Below, in pieces: positions 42,134-56,012 of a DNA stretch of 64,000 bases. Under the pieces are notes generated by a model. The model searched no databases. It had not been told where the DNA came from and was given only the letters and a program-made list of their open reading frames with translations. The stretch is from Eledone cirrhosa (Eukaryota). The stretch lies in the NCBI GenBank assembly GCA_964016885.1, contig OZ024742.1, forward strand, positions 76,322,001-76,386,000. The letters run 5' to 3'. Position 1 is the first letter of the stretch, and the number at the start of each line of letters is the position of its first letter. A program made the translations under genes and the position numbers.

Positions 42134-42693
42134 TTGTATCTACTTTAGGCAAAAAACCTGCAATTACACAATGCGTTACTGGTGCTCTATTTTACTGACA
42201 ACGTAAGGATGAAAGGCAAAGGGATTTGAACTCAGTACGTAAAGGGCCAAAGTAATAATAATGGTAATAATTGTTTTTACTGTTGGCACAAGGCCAGCAA
42301 TTACTCAGTGCATTACTGGTACTTTATTGTATCGACCCTGTAAGGATTAAGGGCAAAGTTAACCTCGGTGGGATTTGAACTCAGAATGGCAAGGGCCGTA
42401 ACTCTATACGACAAAGCATGTCGTCCGACCGTCTACCGATACTGCCAATCCACCAATAATAATGGTAATAATAAGTTATTATTAGTGCTGTTGTTGTTTT
42501 AGTTTTTATTATTGATAGTATTATTAAGCATGGTAGAGCGTCGGACACCCTGCTTCTAGGCATAGATTTACGATCCTTAACCTTCTGAGTTCAAATCGCG
42601 CCAAAGTTAGGTTTACCAATAATGCATTCGGGTTGATTAAATCAACTTTCGCTTTTCTCAAAATTGTTGGGCTTGTGCTTATACCAGAAACCA
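42133..42693. mobile_element. Cluster of three octopus-type SINE copies (two on -, one on +)
   Basis: gatttgaactcag at ~42223 and ~42372; ctgagttcaaatcgcgcc at ~42585. Confidence 0.75.
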
Positions 42694-43671
42694 TTATCAG
42701 TAGTTTTTATATTTGAGGTAGATGCAGTAGCAATTATTTATGGATTTAACTAACGTTTTCTATCTAACTAGTAATATTAAATAAATATTTACCGAATTGT
42801 AAACCCTGCAGGGTTGTTTTTGCTCGAAGTTTGTGTCTCATTAACATGTCAAAACATGACTTATTATAATCAACATTGACATCGTTTTGATGGCTGAATA
42901 GCAATTTTGAGTTATTAATTTCCCGTTCTTGTATCCAATAACCGTATGACAATTGTTGACATATGAATAGAAGTAAAACTATTCAAATCTTCAACACACT
43001 GAACTGCTATCTTCCTTTTCTCTACCCCAACCCACTCATCTTCTGCTTTATTATGCAGTAATCCTTAATCACTTAAACATCTTCAGTTCACTATTATTTC
43101 TGACTCTACTACTTGGTTTCTCAACAGATTTTACCAATAACTTCCTTACTTATGCTCTACCTCTCATAGAATCTGCTCATTCACATTATGTTTAATAATA
43201 ACCCATTACAACATATCGATGGTCTCATCATTTCCGCTGAAAATATTTCATTAGAACGAAGGTTTGGAAGTTATTATGGTAGATTAATGTTTTTTCTTCC
43301 TTTTCTGCAATTTCATTTTCCATATCTATCCCTATGATATGTCGACAACCAAAATACATAACTTACAAATGTTGAATTGAGAACTTCCTCACTTTTATTT
43401 GGACGGCCATATCTTCTTATTTCCACATTTTGTATGGAAATTAAATATGGCTGATATCTGTATATTTACTGCGGCTGAATGTTATTCACGAGCTGATTTA
43501 ATATTCAAGTGTTGACTCTACAATTAGCAAAGTTATGTAATATTGTGTTCTAGTTCCATAAAAAGCAACGATTTATTATTATATTTTGGCATATACCTAT
43601 TGAATGTAAGTATATTGCAAAACCATCGATGTATTGTGAAGAAGAAATCACCATAGTACATTCCATTGGAA

Positions 43672-44003
43672 TGCCTTGGGATCGATCCCTGGACTGGGTC
43701 GTGTGTTGTGTTCTTCAACAAGACACTTCGTTTAACATTACTCCAGTACACTCAGCTGAATATGTGTACTAGCAGTAGTTGGAGCTTAACTCTACTACGT
43801 ACTGGTCTCCTGCCTAGGTGAGAGTCTTGTACACAGTAGATTAACGCCAATGACAATGGGATGAACACTAACCGAATAAGCTTCACAGCGAATTGGCAGA
43901 GTCGTAAAAACGGATAGAATGCTTTGCAATATTGCTTTCGGTTTGTGCTCTCTGATTTCAAATCCTGCCGAGGTCAACTTTGCCTTTCATCCTTTCGAGG
44001 TCG
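43672..44003. mobile_element. Two SINE fragments (43672-43770 of the second family; 43889-44003 octopus-type, +)
   Basis: gttcttcaacaagacactt..ctccagtacactcagctg; tctgatttcaaatcctgccgaggtcaactttgcctttcatcctttcg. Confidence 0.65.
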
Positions 44004-47000
44004 TTACAACATGTACCGGCATAATACTGAGGTTGAATCGTTCTCTACATCTCTTTCTCAGATTCTTTCTCGCACTAGCTATCACTCTCTGGAAGAATTC
44101 TGCTGCATTCAGAGTTATAGAGGGATGGGCTCCACTAGGTTTAACAGTGAAGATGGAAAGGCCATGTGTCAATATGGTGCCCCTACGACTAATACATGAG
44201 TTACAGGCGTGAGACAGAATTTCGACTATATATGATAATGTCAACTCATTTGCAATAATAATAAACATCTACACATGAAAACCCGCAGATTTTTTATTAT
44301 ATTGTTTCTCTATCAATTATCTGTTTATTCAAAAACATATTCTGTAATACATGTAAAAATGAAAGATGATAAGAAAAATAATTCAAAGAAGGGTGTCAAG
44401 AATTTGGTATATGATGTTACAAAATAATATACAGAATGCCATACACAAACGTATATGATTAGAGGAATATTTTATCTTTGTGTACAGGGAAATGCTGCCG
44501 TCCATAATACCTCACCCATACATCGTTTATTTGAAAAGTTGAAAGAAATAGAATTATTTATAGAAAACTGAGTTCTGAATTCGTTTTCGCCAATATGTGT
44601 TTGATATTTAAAAATAAAATAATTTTCAAGAAATATTCCAAGGACTCCTACGATCCGAATATCAATACGAAGGACAACGTTTGAAATATAAATAAGTTGA
44701 CATTTCTTTCTTATGGAACATAAAGAAATATTCTTCTGAATGCTGTTACTATAAATAGAAAAATGCGATGATACTTACGAATCGAAATATATCAATTAAT
44801 GTAGCTTGGCTACAAACAGAATTCTAACACATATTCTTCTAAGCACCTAAATATACATAGTGTTTAAATTGGTTACACCTTTGCACATTATAACACCAGA
44901 TATCTCAATTTGACAATGTGTGATTTATTTGGTATCGAATTATACAGTATATTAGTATCTGCCATTCAAAACAATAACGAATCGCGAGGATATCTGACGT
45001 GGAACCGGAGAGTACTTTAATCATGCAATTATTTCACGTTGTCCAGACGAGTCACTATGCCAAATGCAGCACATGCGGTAGTTCGGCTGAACAAAATATA
45101 CCGACCACAAGTAGCACATCCTGAATTAACATCCTTTCATAGACAAGGAAATGAGAGAAACTCAATGAACTGATAAAGTGAGACAATACATAAATGAATC
45201 TGAATTGCAAAAAGAAAGTAAATAAAAAAAATTCGCATGAGCTTTTAATGAAATTAATGCTGTATGAAAAATGGCATTTTGACCTCTCAGTAATTCCGTC
45301 ACTCATTGACATTGAAATTGGTGAATATATAGGTCCATTCGTAGTTTAAATTCAAAGAAGACGATATACATTGAATTTGAGTAATTCATATACAAATATA
45401 CTTCAAAGAATTTAGAATTTCAACTGAAGTATCACTCAGCAATTGTACATTTACTTGATTGGTTAAAATACCGCTGTGTTTCAGATATAAATGTTTAAAT
45501 TACACCGTTCAACTTAAGGATGTGACAATTGTTTCAAGTAATTTCTCTTTGTATTTCATAGTCGATACACAACTTACATTAGAATGACGATGAAATTAAG
45601 ATACGCATCTTGGTATTTCGAATTGTATTAATTTAATAAGAATAAACTGCTTTCTCAATTTTAAAGAAACTTGTGAGTAGACACGGCAAGTAAACAGAAG
45701 TATGTCGATTTATTTTCACTTATGTTGCTTACACGTTCACCAAAAGCATTATATATTTCCGATTTTATCAACCATGAAATAAAAATAGAATACATATAAT
45801 CTTGTCAAGAACTGGAGAAAAGCAGGTTAATTGATTAAAACTATTAAGCTTTAAACCTATTATATTTGTCCCAATTGGTTTATAATCATAGTAACCTATT
45901 GTTTTATTATGGTCAGATAAGATTGCCAGCTGACACCAGTCATGTTTCATGTTTAATCAGGTAATTATTAAAATGGGTCAGTTTGATAATCAATAAATAA
46001 AAGTATCGTCAGAATTCTTTTGTTATTGATTGATTAATTGATTACTAGATTAATTACCTGATAGATAATTAAAATGAAATTATACTGGTGCCTGCGTTGT
46101 AATGGCCTTCTCAAAATGCAACAATAATTATTTCATCAAATGATTTCCCTTCAACTATACAGCAATATAATAAAATTAAAATGTATACAGATATGTTATG
46201 CTGCGTATAGACATCGAATAATGCTCACACCAAATGTGTCTTCTGATAACAATGAGGAAAGATAATCAACAAATATCAATGTAGAATTTGCAGATGTGTC
46301 ACTTCGATAGCAACGGGTAGGGATGTGGTTAAAGGGCCGAGAACGCCGGAAATATTTTCACTGTATTATATTTGAGATAGTGATATACTCTGAATTATTA
46401 TATCGAATAGTATAATATTCATTGAACGATAAGTAATATTTACATTGCTAATCATTGATGAATATTTGTTGCTTTCTTGTATAGAACATTGACTTAAAAA
46501 TGTAAAATGTATTTTTGCTTCTAAGAATTTAATTCAGATATATAATTACTTATAATCTCAAAATATTTACTAAATCTATATGATATATAAACGAGTATCT
46601 GTGCCGGAGTGATGTACTAAAGATCATGTTAAAAAAACACACAATCAAAAGCATTAATTGATTTTCTTTCGAACCGTAGGAATTGGTTAATGTAAATGAA
46701 CGAAGAACAGAAAACTGTATATAAACAATAACAAAGGGATGATAGGTTTCTTATATGGGAACAGAAATGCCTTTATAAATACAGAGTGTACAACCGCGAC
46801 TGCACACGCGTTTATAAATATATACGTATCTAATATATAGATATGTAAGCATGCCAGAATAAACATTTCCCTGTAAATTGAAAGGAGCAAGTGTAAATGA
46901 AATATTTTCTAGAATGTTTAGTTGTATTCATAACTGATCTCCCCTTTAAACAAAATTATGTTTTAAAATATTACGTTTCTGTGGCTGCTTAGAACACTCA

Positions 47001-47213
47001 ATATTACACCACTTTGATGAGGACTACGGACCACATTAATCCTTACAATAATCAATATCATTGACAGGCTGTATGCGTAGGTGTATGTGTGTGTGTGTCA
47101 GTGTGAGGGCATAACATATTTGAGTAACAAAATCTACAAGTGATTAAAAATATTTGTTTTGATAAGTATTGTAGATTCCAAAATTCAATCACACACATAC
47201 ACATATATACATA

Positions 47214-47292
<79 letters not shown>

Positions 47293-47339
47293 AATGAATA
47301 ATAACAGGTAGACACCATAAAAAGATAATTTATTCTGTG

Positions 47340-47451
47340 TGCTTACAAATGTTTTCACGGTAGTTATACAGCCTAGTTATGCTATGTGCAAATTTATAAC
47401 TATTTGCAAAACTCAATTATCAAATGCTGCGACCACTGTATCCTCAGAGCA
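47340..47451 (-). ncRNA. Decayed type I HHR with long stem II at the 3' end of an old PLE-like fragment (~47290-48130)
   Basis: TGCT-CTGAGGA-tACAGTGGT..ACTACCGT-GAAAA-CA-tt-TG-T-A-AGCA. Confidence 0.55.
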
Positions 47452-49609
47452 GAATGGTTAAAATGTAAAATATAAATACCCTTAAGGGATGTTATTGGGG
47501 AAGATAGAGTAGAAAAGGAAGAGAGAAAGAAGGGGAGAGGGAGAGAGAGAGAGAGATATGCAGGGGTTGGAGAAATGGGAGAGAGTGGTTTGTAGAATAC
47601 AGATATCTTAATCAAAATGTTGTGGTAGGGGTTTTATTATACTGGTTACTCTCGAAGCGACAACCTTAAGCGATGCGTTGATAGTTAAGGTTGGAATTAT
47701 TTATTGCCACAGGGGGCAGGTTCATAGATGTGGAGAGGGAGGGAGGTGGACCGAGGGCGAGATATATAGAGAGAGAGAGGGGGGAATGGAGAGAGCGGAA
47801 GAGATAGAGATAGAGAGGGGACAGACGAAAGCTATGGGATGGGTGTACATTGAGTTCATAGTTGTAGCCAACAAATTGCACTTAAGTATCCATTTATAGT
47901 GATAAGCATGGTATTGTCTTGTAGTGTGGGGGATATAGTTAAGAAGTTGTTATTGAGAAAAAGTAGTTAGCGAGAAAGCAATGTTATAGTTCCGGGTTCG
48001 AATGTTATGTTATTTTATAGTGAGAGAATTTAGCTTTCAGTTTGTGGTTGCAGTATAATGATCGTTCGATTCTGTCATTTAGTAATTTATTTTCCGTACG
48101 TCAACTCTATATAGTGTAGTAATTAACAATTACTGTATCCAGGATGATCCTATACCTAATAATATATATATATATATATATATGATTTATCCCTAATTGC
48201 TACATAAACTACATCTGTTCAAAGTGGTGTCACACTTTGTTTAAAAACCTCAACATAATTTTCTGCTAATGCCAGTAATTGTTATTTCCTATGCTTAATA
48301 CACTGAAGATATAGTGGCATATTAATCAACCTACAAACGAGAAGTACGGATTATTCTTAACATTTAGACAATCTATATTTAATCACGTATTAAAAGTAGA
48401 ATTTTCTTTCAACTCAAAATGGAAATTGAGCATATTCGTTTCAGTGACGCACTGTTTTGAGATATTCTATTTTCTCGGTGTAGGATACGAAAACTTAAAT
48501 ATTCCTTTTTATTTTCAATACATAGTAACTTCATATATTGATTCTTTATATCAGCAAAATATAGAAAATATGGTTGCATACTCAAACTAGATTGATTACA
48601 TATAACATAAATATAGAATATTAACAAGTTAAAGTAGAGTTAAATGAAAATCAACAACAACGATATAGAATAAAATTATTGCAGCAAGTTTTACTGCCTA
48701 ATAATTACTGAACATATATATTTACATACATGATATTTAAAATCATATGCTTGTCTCTGTTCATAGCTGTGCTTTGCAATTTCATTTTAAGCGTTTTCTA
48801 CATGTATTTACTGCGTTTAAATCAATATTTAACTCTCAAATTTCCTACAGAGATTTTATTTAATTTTCTACTGCATAATGTATATTTTTATATTTTAATA
48901 AAAACAAATAAACAATAAATTTTAAAAGTAAACTAAATACAAAATAAATGCAATCCTAATATTTTCTTTCGAATTTGCATATTATGTGTTCTCTCGTTTT
49001 TGTGTTTTGTTTTATGCTTTACCAAACATTTTATTTCCTTCCAGTTCCTGTAGTTGTCATGTGTTCTTTGATACCAGAGATTTTGTATTTCGTTTCGTTT
49101 CAACTTCACAAATTCATACAGAAATATATCTTCAATGGCTTGATTAGCTATTAATCTTCAGGTCTATAATTTCAATATTTCTGCAGCACAGGCATGGGAA
49201 AATCATTCAGTATTTCATCTGGTATTTCCTTAACCACGCCCAAACTAATCAATGGTTTTTCATATAATAATGATGTGGGTTTTCTGTACGGATGGTGATT
49301 CTGAAACGAGAAATGTACTGAAAAATCACAGATAAATGAACTATCAGTATAAAGACAAAATCAGAATAAAAAAAAAGAAAATTTAAACGTTTGCTTATTG
49401 ATATGGGAATTGAAAAATTAGTATGAGTTTTGATGTGCAATAAAATACATTGATTCTCAATGCACTATCTATACTATTGCGAGGAATAAATAATCAGTAC
49501 ATACTTACACAAGAAGAAATTTTACAAAAGTAATTCACACGGACACCCATATATGTATAATTGCGCTTACGCACATACACAAATATGTATACAGACTCAC
49601 CCCCACGCC

Positions 49610-49649
<40 letters not shown>

Positions 49650-49682
49650 TACATATAATGTAAATATGTTAATATATGCATA

Positions 49683-49738
<56 letters not shown>

Positions 49739-50414
49739 GTATATATATATATTTATATATGTGTGTGTGTGTGTAAGTGAGTGTTTGTGTGTGAGAGTGC
49801 GTATAGTATTACAAGGACGTTAACTAAAGCCTTTAATTGTTTCCCGACCGTTTCGCTAGACTAACAGGGTTGTTCCATTTCTGTGAGAATAACGCCCCAG
49901 AATTTATGAAATACAAATAAATGATACTTTAGAGCTCCTAGAATTCCAGTCGGAGAATAGAGAGAAACATGTAAATAATACCATTCAAATATTGTTTGAA
50001 AAACATATTTATTCCGAATACGTCGCCATCATTTGCCCCATAACATTGAAACATACCTTCCACCCATTTAGCTGCAGCCCTTTCCAAATTTATCTCCTCT
50101 TACAGCATCAACAGCTTAGTTGCAATGCCTAAAAAAGGATATACACTCTTTGTATAATTGAACTACTTCCGCAAAGATATACACACTCTGTAGTCAATTC
50201 TCACTCTGCTTAACTTTTTTCCGAAATTATTTGTCTTCCCCTATCTACCATCTAATGAAGGGCGTAACCCAAAACTTTTTGTACTAGCTATCTTTGATTT
50301 TCACCTTTGTGCATTATAATAGTTTCCTTAAATTTTAGTGTTCTATTTGCTTTCATGTTTGTTTTTTTCTCTCACTTCACCGACCGTTACATATGTATAT
50401 ATATATATATATAT

Positions 50415-51171
50415 ATATATTGGTAAACGGAATAGAAAATGCTGACAAATTGTTCACAGTCGAAAAATGGTTTAATTAGGAATAAAAGAGTATTAGTAAT
50501 TGTATGGGTTAGTATTCAGTTGTGGTTTCAAGTTTCTAAGTTTTTACCGGTTGCGCATTTCTAAATGCTTTTCAAAAATAATTTTGAGATAGAGCTCTAA
50601 CATATCTTTTGACATGCTACCCTTTATCACAACATCGAACACCTTACTACTACTACACACACACACACACATATTTGTTGTGAAAGAGTCATTTCTCAAT
50701 CTTGGCGCAAAACCAATTTTTTATTCACATGACCTCTACCGACCAATCAAAATTGTTTTGACCACAAGAATTTTTGCAAAAACCAAGTAGCGCTGGAGCC
50801 ACTTTTTTAACATAAAAACAGTCTTGGCGCAAAATCAATTTTTTACATTCACATGACCTCTACCGACCAATCAAAATTGTTTTGACCACAAGAATTTTTG
50901 CAACACCAAAGTAATGCTGGAGCCACTTTTTTAACATAAAAACAGGTAGAATTCCCAAAATTAATCATATCAGAGCAAACAACACGGACACTCTATCTCA
51001 AAATTATTTTTGAAAAGCATTTAGAAATGCGCAACCGGTAAAAACTTAAAAACTTAAAACCACAACTGAATACTAACCCATACAATTACTAATACTCTTT
51101 TATTCCTAATTAAACCATTTTTCAACTGTGAACAATTTGTCAGCATTTTCTATTCCGTTTACCAATATATA
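50415..51171. repeat. Inverted repeat with ~180-bp arms (50415-50594 and 50991-51171) enclosing a ~122-bp tandem duplication (50700-50944)
   Basis: attggtaaacggaatagaaaatgctgac... versus ...gtcagcattttctattccgtttaccaat; cttggcgcaaaa at 50701 and 50823. Confidence 0.9.
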
Positions 51172-51204
51172 ACAACTTGTGTGTTACACCTCTATTCTTT
51201 TAAC

Positions 51205-51246
<42 letters not shown>

Positions 51247-51318
51247 GTGTGTGTGTATGTATGTATGTATGTATGTATGTATATATATGTATATATGCGT
51301 TCACAGATTGACCATGTT

Positions 51319-51369
51319 AGTTTCAGAAGATCCCGTTAAGGGTGAAAGCAGCGATTCTTTGCTTAAACT
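51319..51369 (+). ncRNA. HHR-like motif with CAGAAGA core (solo ~90-bp tip of PLE family 1)
   Basis: AGTTT-CAGAAGA-tCCC-gttaa-GGGt-GAAA-GCA-gcgattctt-TGC-T-T-AAACT. Confidence 0.65.
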
Positions 51370-51389
51370 TTAATCTGTTATTTTAATAA

Positions 51390-51426
<37 letters not shown>

Positions 51427-52920
51427 TATATGTATACGCACTTACACATGCATATGTACGAGTATATATATATATTAGAAAAGAAAATCAGTGTAAACAT
51501 TACACTCTCTATTTTGCGTTCTGAATATGTGAAAAACAAATAAAAAGAAGTTTTGTGTTTCGTGAAATTTAGAATTTCTTATGAATTTTCAAAATATGCT
51601 TGCACTTTTTTGCTAACGCAGATCCTAAAAGGGGTGGCCCTTTTGAGCACACTCCAGGTCAGGTTATAATCGATATTCTTTTTTCTATGATTATTAATTA
51701 TTTCAGCTAAGTATCTTGTATTAGCTAATGCGGCATTTTTAAAACTGTGTTTGTGGGTATTAAATCTTACTTTAAATTTTTTAGAAGTAGCTCCTATATA
51801 TGAATAAGTTGAGTCCTTGGTGCTAATTTTACATTTATATACTATGTTATTAATAAGGCAATTTCCTTTTATTGTTCAATTTGCTCTGTTTCTAGAGTTA
51901 CAACCTTTCGTGAATGTTATATCAGGGGAGTTAGTCAAATTAGGTGTGGAATTTTCTCAACTTGCTGTATGTGAATGAGATGGTGGTTTGCTGTGATTTA
52001 TTTTAGTATTATGGTTAGCTTGATGTGCACGTGGTATATTCATGGTTCTTTTACATTTATATGCATTGTAGGCACTTATATTTTGCTGCATATTTTTGGA
52101 TGTGGAGTAGGAGAATGTGACCGTTGATCTATTTAAAATTTGATGTTATTCATGGTTTGGCGGGAAGTTTTTCTCTCGGATAGTAAAAAAAATGTTTAGG
52201 TATATTATCTTTAATTTGTAGATTAAATGGAGCATTATACCAAGTAACTCGTCTATTATGGTTTCGATGTTGTTTTTTTTATTTTTATACGATGTATCCT
52301 GATGTTTACTAAGAGAATTAGTATTAGTGATTTTATTACACATATGTTTTGTTAGATTCACTGATTTAGGTGTTTTAGCCTGATTATTAGGACTGGTTTT
52401 TTGAATGGTTTTTTGAAAGTTATTATATTGTATATTTCAAGAGGTAGAGAAATTAAGTTTTAAGTTGGTATCTTTGGGTATAGTGTGAGTGGCATTTAGG
52501 TGTGTATATTTCATTTGGTGTTTGTTGGTAATATTAGGTTGTATGTTTGATGTATTATTGGTACAAGGTATATATACTAATTTGTTTTTGTGGCCGCTTC
52601 TAGCTAAATCTTCGTTATAAAAGGTCGCATTTTTATCGAATATATCCTGGGTAGATGAAAGGATAGACATTCTGAATGAGATATTATATGCTAGGTTATT
52701 AAGGATAGATCTAGGGTGATTAAATTGTGAGTGTATGTAATCTAAGTTTTGGTTAGATTTATGGTTAGGTTGGTAGATACCCGTAGATAAGTCGAAAGTT
52801 ATATCAAGGAAATTAACTACTTTACTTGTGTTTTCAAATGTAATAGTGAGATTATAATAGTCTTTGAGGAAAGTTCTAATAAGTTTTTTTTATTTTTTTC
52901 AATTTCCGATAGGCTAAGGT

Positions 52921-54605
52921 TATTATCATGCACGCTAGACAAACACTACTGGAATTTCAGAAGGAATACTGGACCAGAAATACATAATCTATTCGACATT
53001 TAGTATGGGCTCTAGTGATTCTGCCCAAATTACCGATCTTGTGGGCCTCTTTCTTCTATTTAACATAAATGCTTCTTTTCCCCACCTTAAAGGTGGTTTA
53101 TATCGTGATGACTGTCTTCTTCTTTCCACTAACCTTAGCCTATCAGAAATTGAAAAAAATAAAAAACTTATTAGAACTTTCTTCAAAGACTATTAAAGTC
53201 TCACTATTACATTTGAAAACACAAGTAAAGTAGTTAATTTCCTTGATATAACTTTAGACATATCTACGGGTATCTACCAGCCTAACCATAAACCTAACCA
53301 AAACTTACATTACATACACTCACAATCTAATCACCCTAGATCTATCCTTAAAAACCTAGCATATAATATCTCACTCAGAATTTCTAACCTTTCATCTAAT
53401 CAGGATATATTCGATAAAAATGCGACCTTTTATAACGAAGCTTTAGCTAGAAGCGGCCACAAAAACAAATTAGTATATATACCTTGTACCAATAATACTA
53501 CAAACATACAACCTAATATTACCAACAAACACCAAATAAAATATGCACACCTAAATGCCACTCACACTATACCCACAAATTCCAACTTAAAACTTAATTT
53601 CTCTACCTCTTCTAATATACAATATAATAACTTTCAAAAAACCATTCATCGTAATATTCCAATATATGTTAATAACATTACTAACAAAATTCCTAATAAT
53701 CAGACTGAAACACCTAAATCAATGAATCTGACTAAATATATGTGTAATAAAATCACTAATACTAATTCTCGTAGTAAACATCAGGATACATCGTATAAAA
53801 ATAGACAAACAACATCGAAACCGTAATAGATGAGTTACTTGGTATAATGCTCCATTTAATCTACAAATTAAAGATAATATACCTAAAAAATGTTTACTAT
53901 CCTAGAGAAAAACTTCCCGCCAAACCATAAATACCATAAAATTTTAAATAGATCAACGGTCAAATTCTCCTACTCCACAATAGAAAATATACAACAACAT
54001 ATAAGTGCCTACAATGCATATAAATGTAAAAGAACCATGAATATACCACCAACACATCAAACTAACCATAATACTAAAATAAACCACAGCAAACCACCAT
54101 CTCATTCACATACAACAATTCGAGAAAATTCCACACCTAATTTGACTAACTCCCCTGATATAAAATTCACGAAAGGTTATAACTGTAGAAACAAAGCAAA
54201 TTGAACAATAAAAGGAAATTGCCTTATTAATAACATAGTATATAAATGTAAAATTAGCACTAAGGACTCACCTTATTTTCATATATAGGAGCTACTTTTA
54301 TCCAATTTAAAGTAAGATTTAATACCCACAAACACAGTTTTTAAAATTCCGCATTAGCTAATACAACATCCTTAGCTGAAATAATTAATAATTATAGAAA
54401 AAAGAATATCGATTATAACCTGATCTGGAGTGTGCTCAAAAGGGCCATCCCTTATCAAAATAATAGATATGAAGGTAAATTATGTTCCCAGGAACTTTTT
54501 GAAATAATGAAATCTAAGGATACCCTATTAAATAAGCGACAAGAATTAATTATATCGTGCAATCATAGAATTAGAAAAACTTTCAAATATTATAAACCTA
54601 ATTAA
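52921..54605 (+). pseudogene. PLE RT-GIY-YIG, 5'-truncated and frameshifted
   Basis: ORFs 53005-53196 and 53890-54204; C-terminus matches 26455-26956. Confidence 0.85.
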
Positions 54606-55343
54606 TATACACTTATATTTTACAAATCATTATAATTAATTTTTTTTAAATTAGTTAACCTATAATTAATATTCAACTAGTAAGAACTGAATAATTTTAT
54701 TTCCCTTTTACAGCTATCTTTTCGTATAATTTATACCAATAAGTATATATATAAACTATTTTAATTTCCTGTTATGAAACTAAATTCCTTGTAATCTATA
54801 TAAGTTTGTTATTTCTCACTAATACATTTATCGCCCCCCAAAAATGTTTTTCCTTCGTTTTTAACAACATTCTTTAATAACGTCTAACTCTTATTTATCA
54901 TATCTATATGAATTAATATACATTTATACCTATAAATATACCTATCAATTAAATTAATTTAATTTATTTTTATAGATCTAAATTCCTTATGTTTTAAATA
55001 AGATGTATATTTTTCACTAACACATTTATCGTAAAATTTTATTCTCCTTAGATTTTAACATTAACATTATTTTTTAATAACATCAAATTCTCGTGTACCT
55101 TTCACCGGCTTGACCTATTTTCATGCCCAAAGTAATCTTTTCATTCAAATTACTCTTTGCATTCAAAACTGAAGACTGCATTCCTCTACCCCTAAATTAC
55201 ATTTCTACTACTACTATTCTATCAACTTGACCACTTACTACTTTTCTATTGGTCAATTCAAAACCTGTTCCCAAACAGACCTATTATATTAAATCTTTGT
55301 TGGATTTTTTCAATAAACAAATACCGTTATTTCTGAAGACAGC

Positions 55344-55525
55344 GGTGGATTGGCAGTATCGGTAGAGGGTCGGAAGCCATGCTTTCCAGCATAGTTACGT
55401 CCCTTTACGATCTGAGTTCAAATCCCGCCAAGGTTGACTTTGCCTTTCATCCTTACGGGGTCGATAAAATAAAGTACCAGTAATGCACTGGGTAATTGCT
55501 GGCCTTGTGCCTAACGTAGAAACAA
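55344..55525 (+). mobile_element. Full-length octopus-type tRNA-derived SINE with 17-bp TSD
   Basis: A box tggcagtatcgg, B box gagttcaaatcc; TSD ttatttctgaagacagc (55327-55343) / ttatttctgaagagagc (55526-55542). Confidence 0.9.
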
Positions 55526-55660
55526 TTATTTCTGAAGAGAGCATATATATCTGTAGCTATGTATATTCCCTCTAATAGTTTGTAAACTGTTTACATAGAT
55601 CTATATGATATACATACCAACACACACATATATATCCTAGAAACGATCGTAAAATGATGA
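55526..55660 (+). ncRNA. Type I HHR with ~100-nt stem II (PLE family 3), rebuilt by the SINE TSD
   Basis: TTATTT-CTGAAGA-gAG-c-ATATATAT..ATATATAT-c-CTa-GAAA-CGATCG-T-A-AAATGA. Confidence 0.75.
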
Positions 55661-55869
55661 ATTTTTTAATATAAGGAACTGTTTCTTTGTTTTTATTCAT
55701 TATTTTTATTAATTTATTTTGACTCTGTTTTCCTGTGTTTTTCATCGAAAATATTTTGAATACATCTACTCTTTTCCTGATATTTGGATTACCTTGAGTT
55801 CTTCATACGGATTGGACACTACCATATATTTTGGTAGATTAATCTACACACACACACACACACACACGC

Positions 55870-55904
<35 letters not shown>

Positions 55905-55973
55905 CTGCGTGCGTATGTGTGTGTATTTACATATATATATATATAGATATATGTAAATGCACACACACACGCA

Positions 55974-56012
<39 letters not shown>

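Larger units (their letters stand above)
51476..55760. mobile_element. PLE family 3: inverted arm 51476-52920 and sense arm 52921-55760 (RT, linker, GIY-YIG, 3'UTR, HHR)
   Basis: FDI.MGSSDSAQITDLVG, GGLYRDD, VNFLDI, VTWYNAP, ILNRSTVKFSYS, NCRNKAN, LKRA.PYQN. 51630-52920 is the reverse complement of ~53130-54452. Confidence 0.88.

Noticed and set aside
54202-54204. TGA at a conserved Cys of the CxCx5CP linker (also in the inverted arm at ~51876), suggesting a selenocysteine-encoding Naiad
   Set aside because: The same family at ~26555 has TGT-CCA-TTA, neighbouring codons are also degraded (P>T, L>I), the two TGA copies derive from one duplication, and no SECIS was recognisable downstream.
55344-55430. 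tRNA genes at A/B-box sites
   Set aside because: Multi-copy SINE heads with shared non-tRNA bodies and a TSD; no full cloverleaf.
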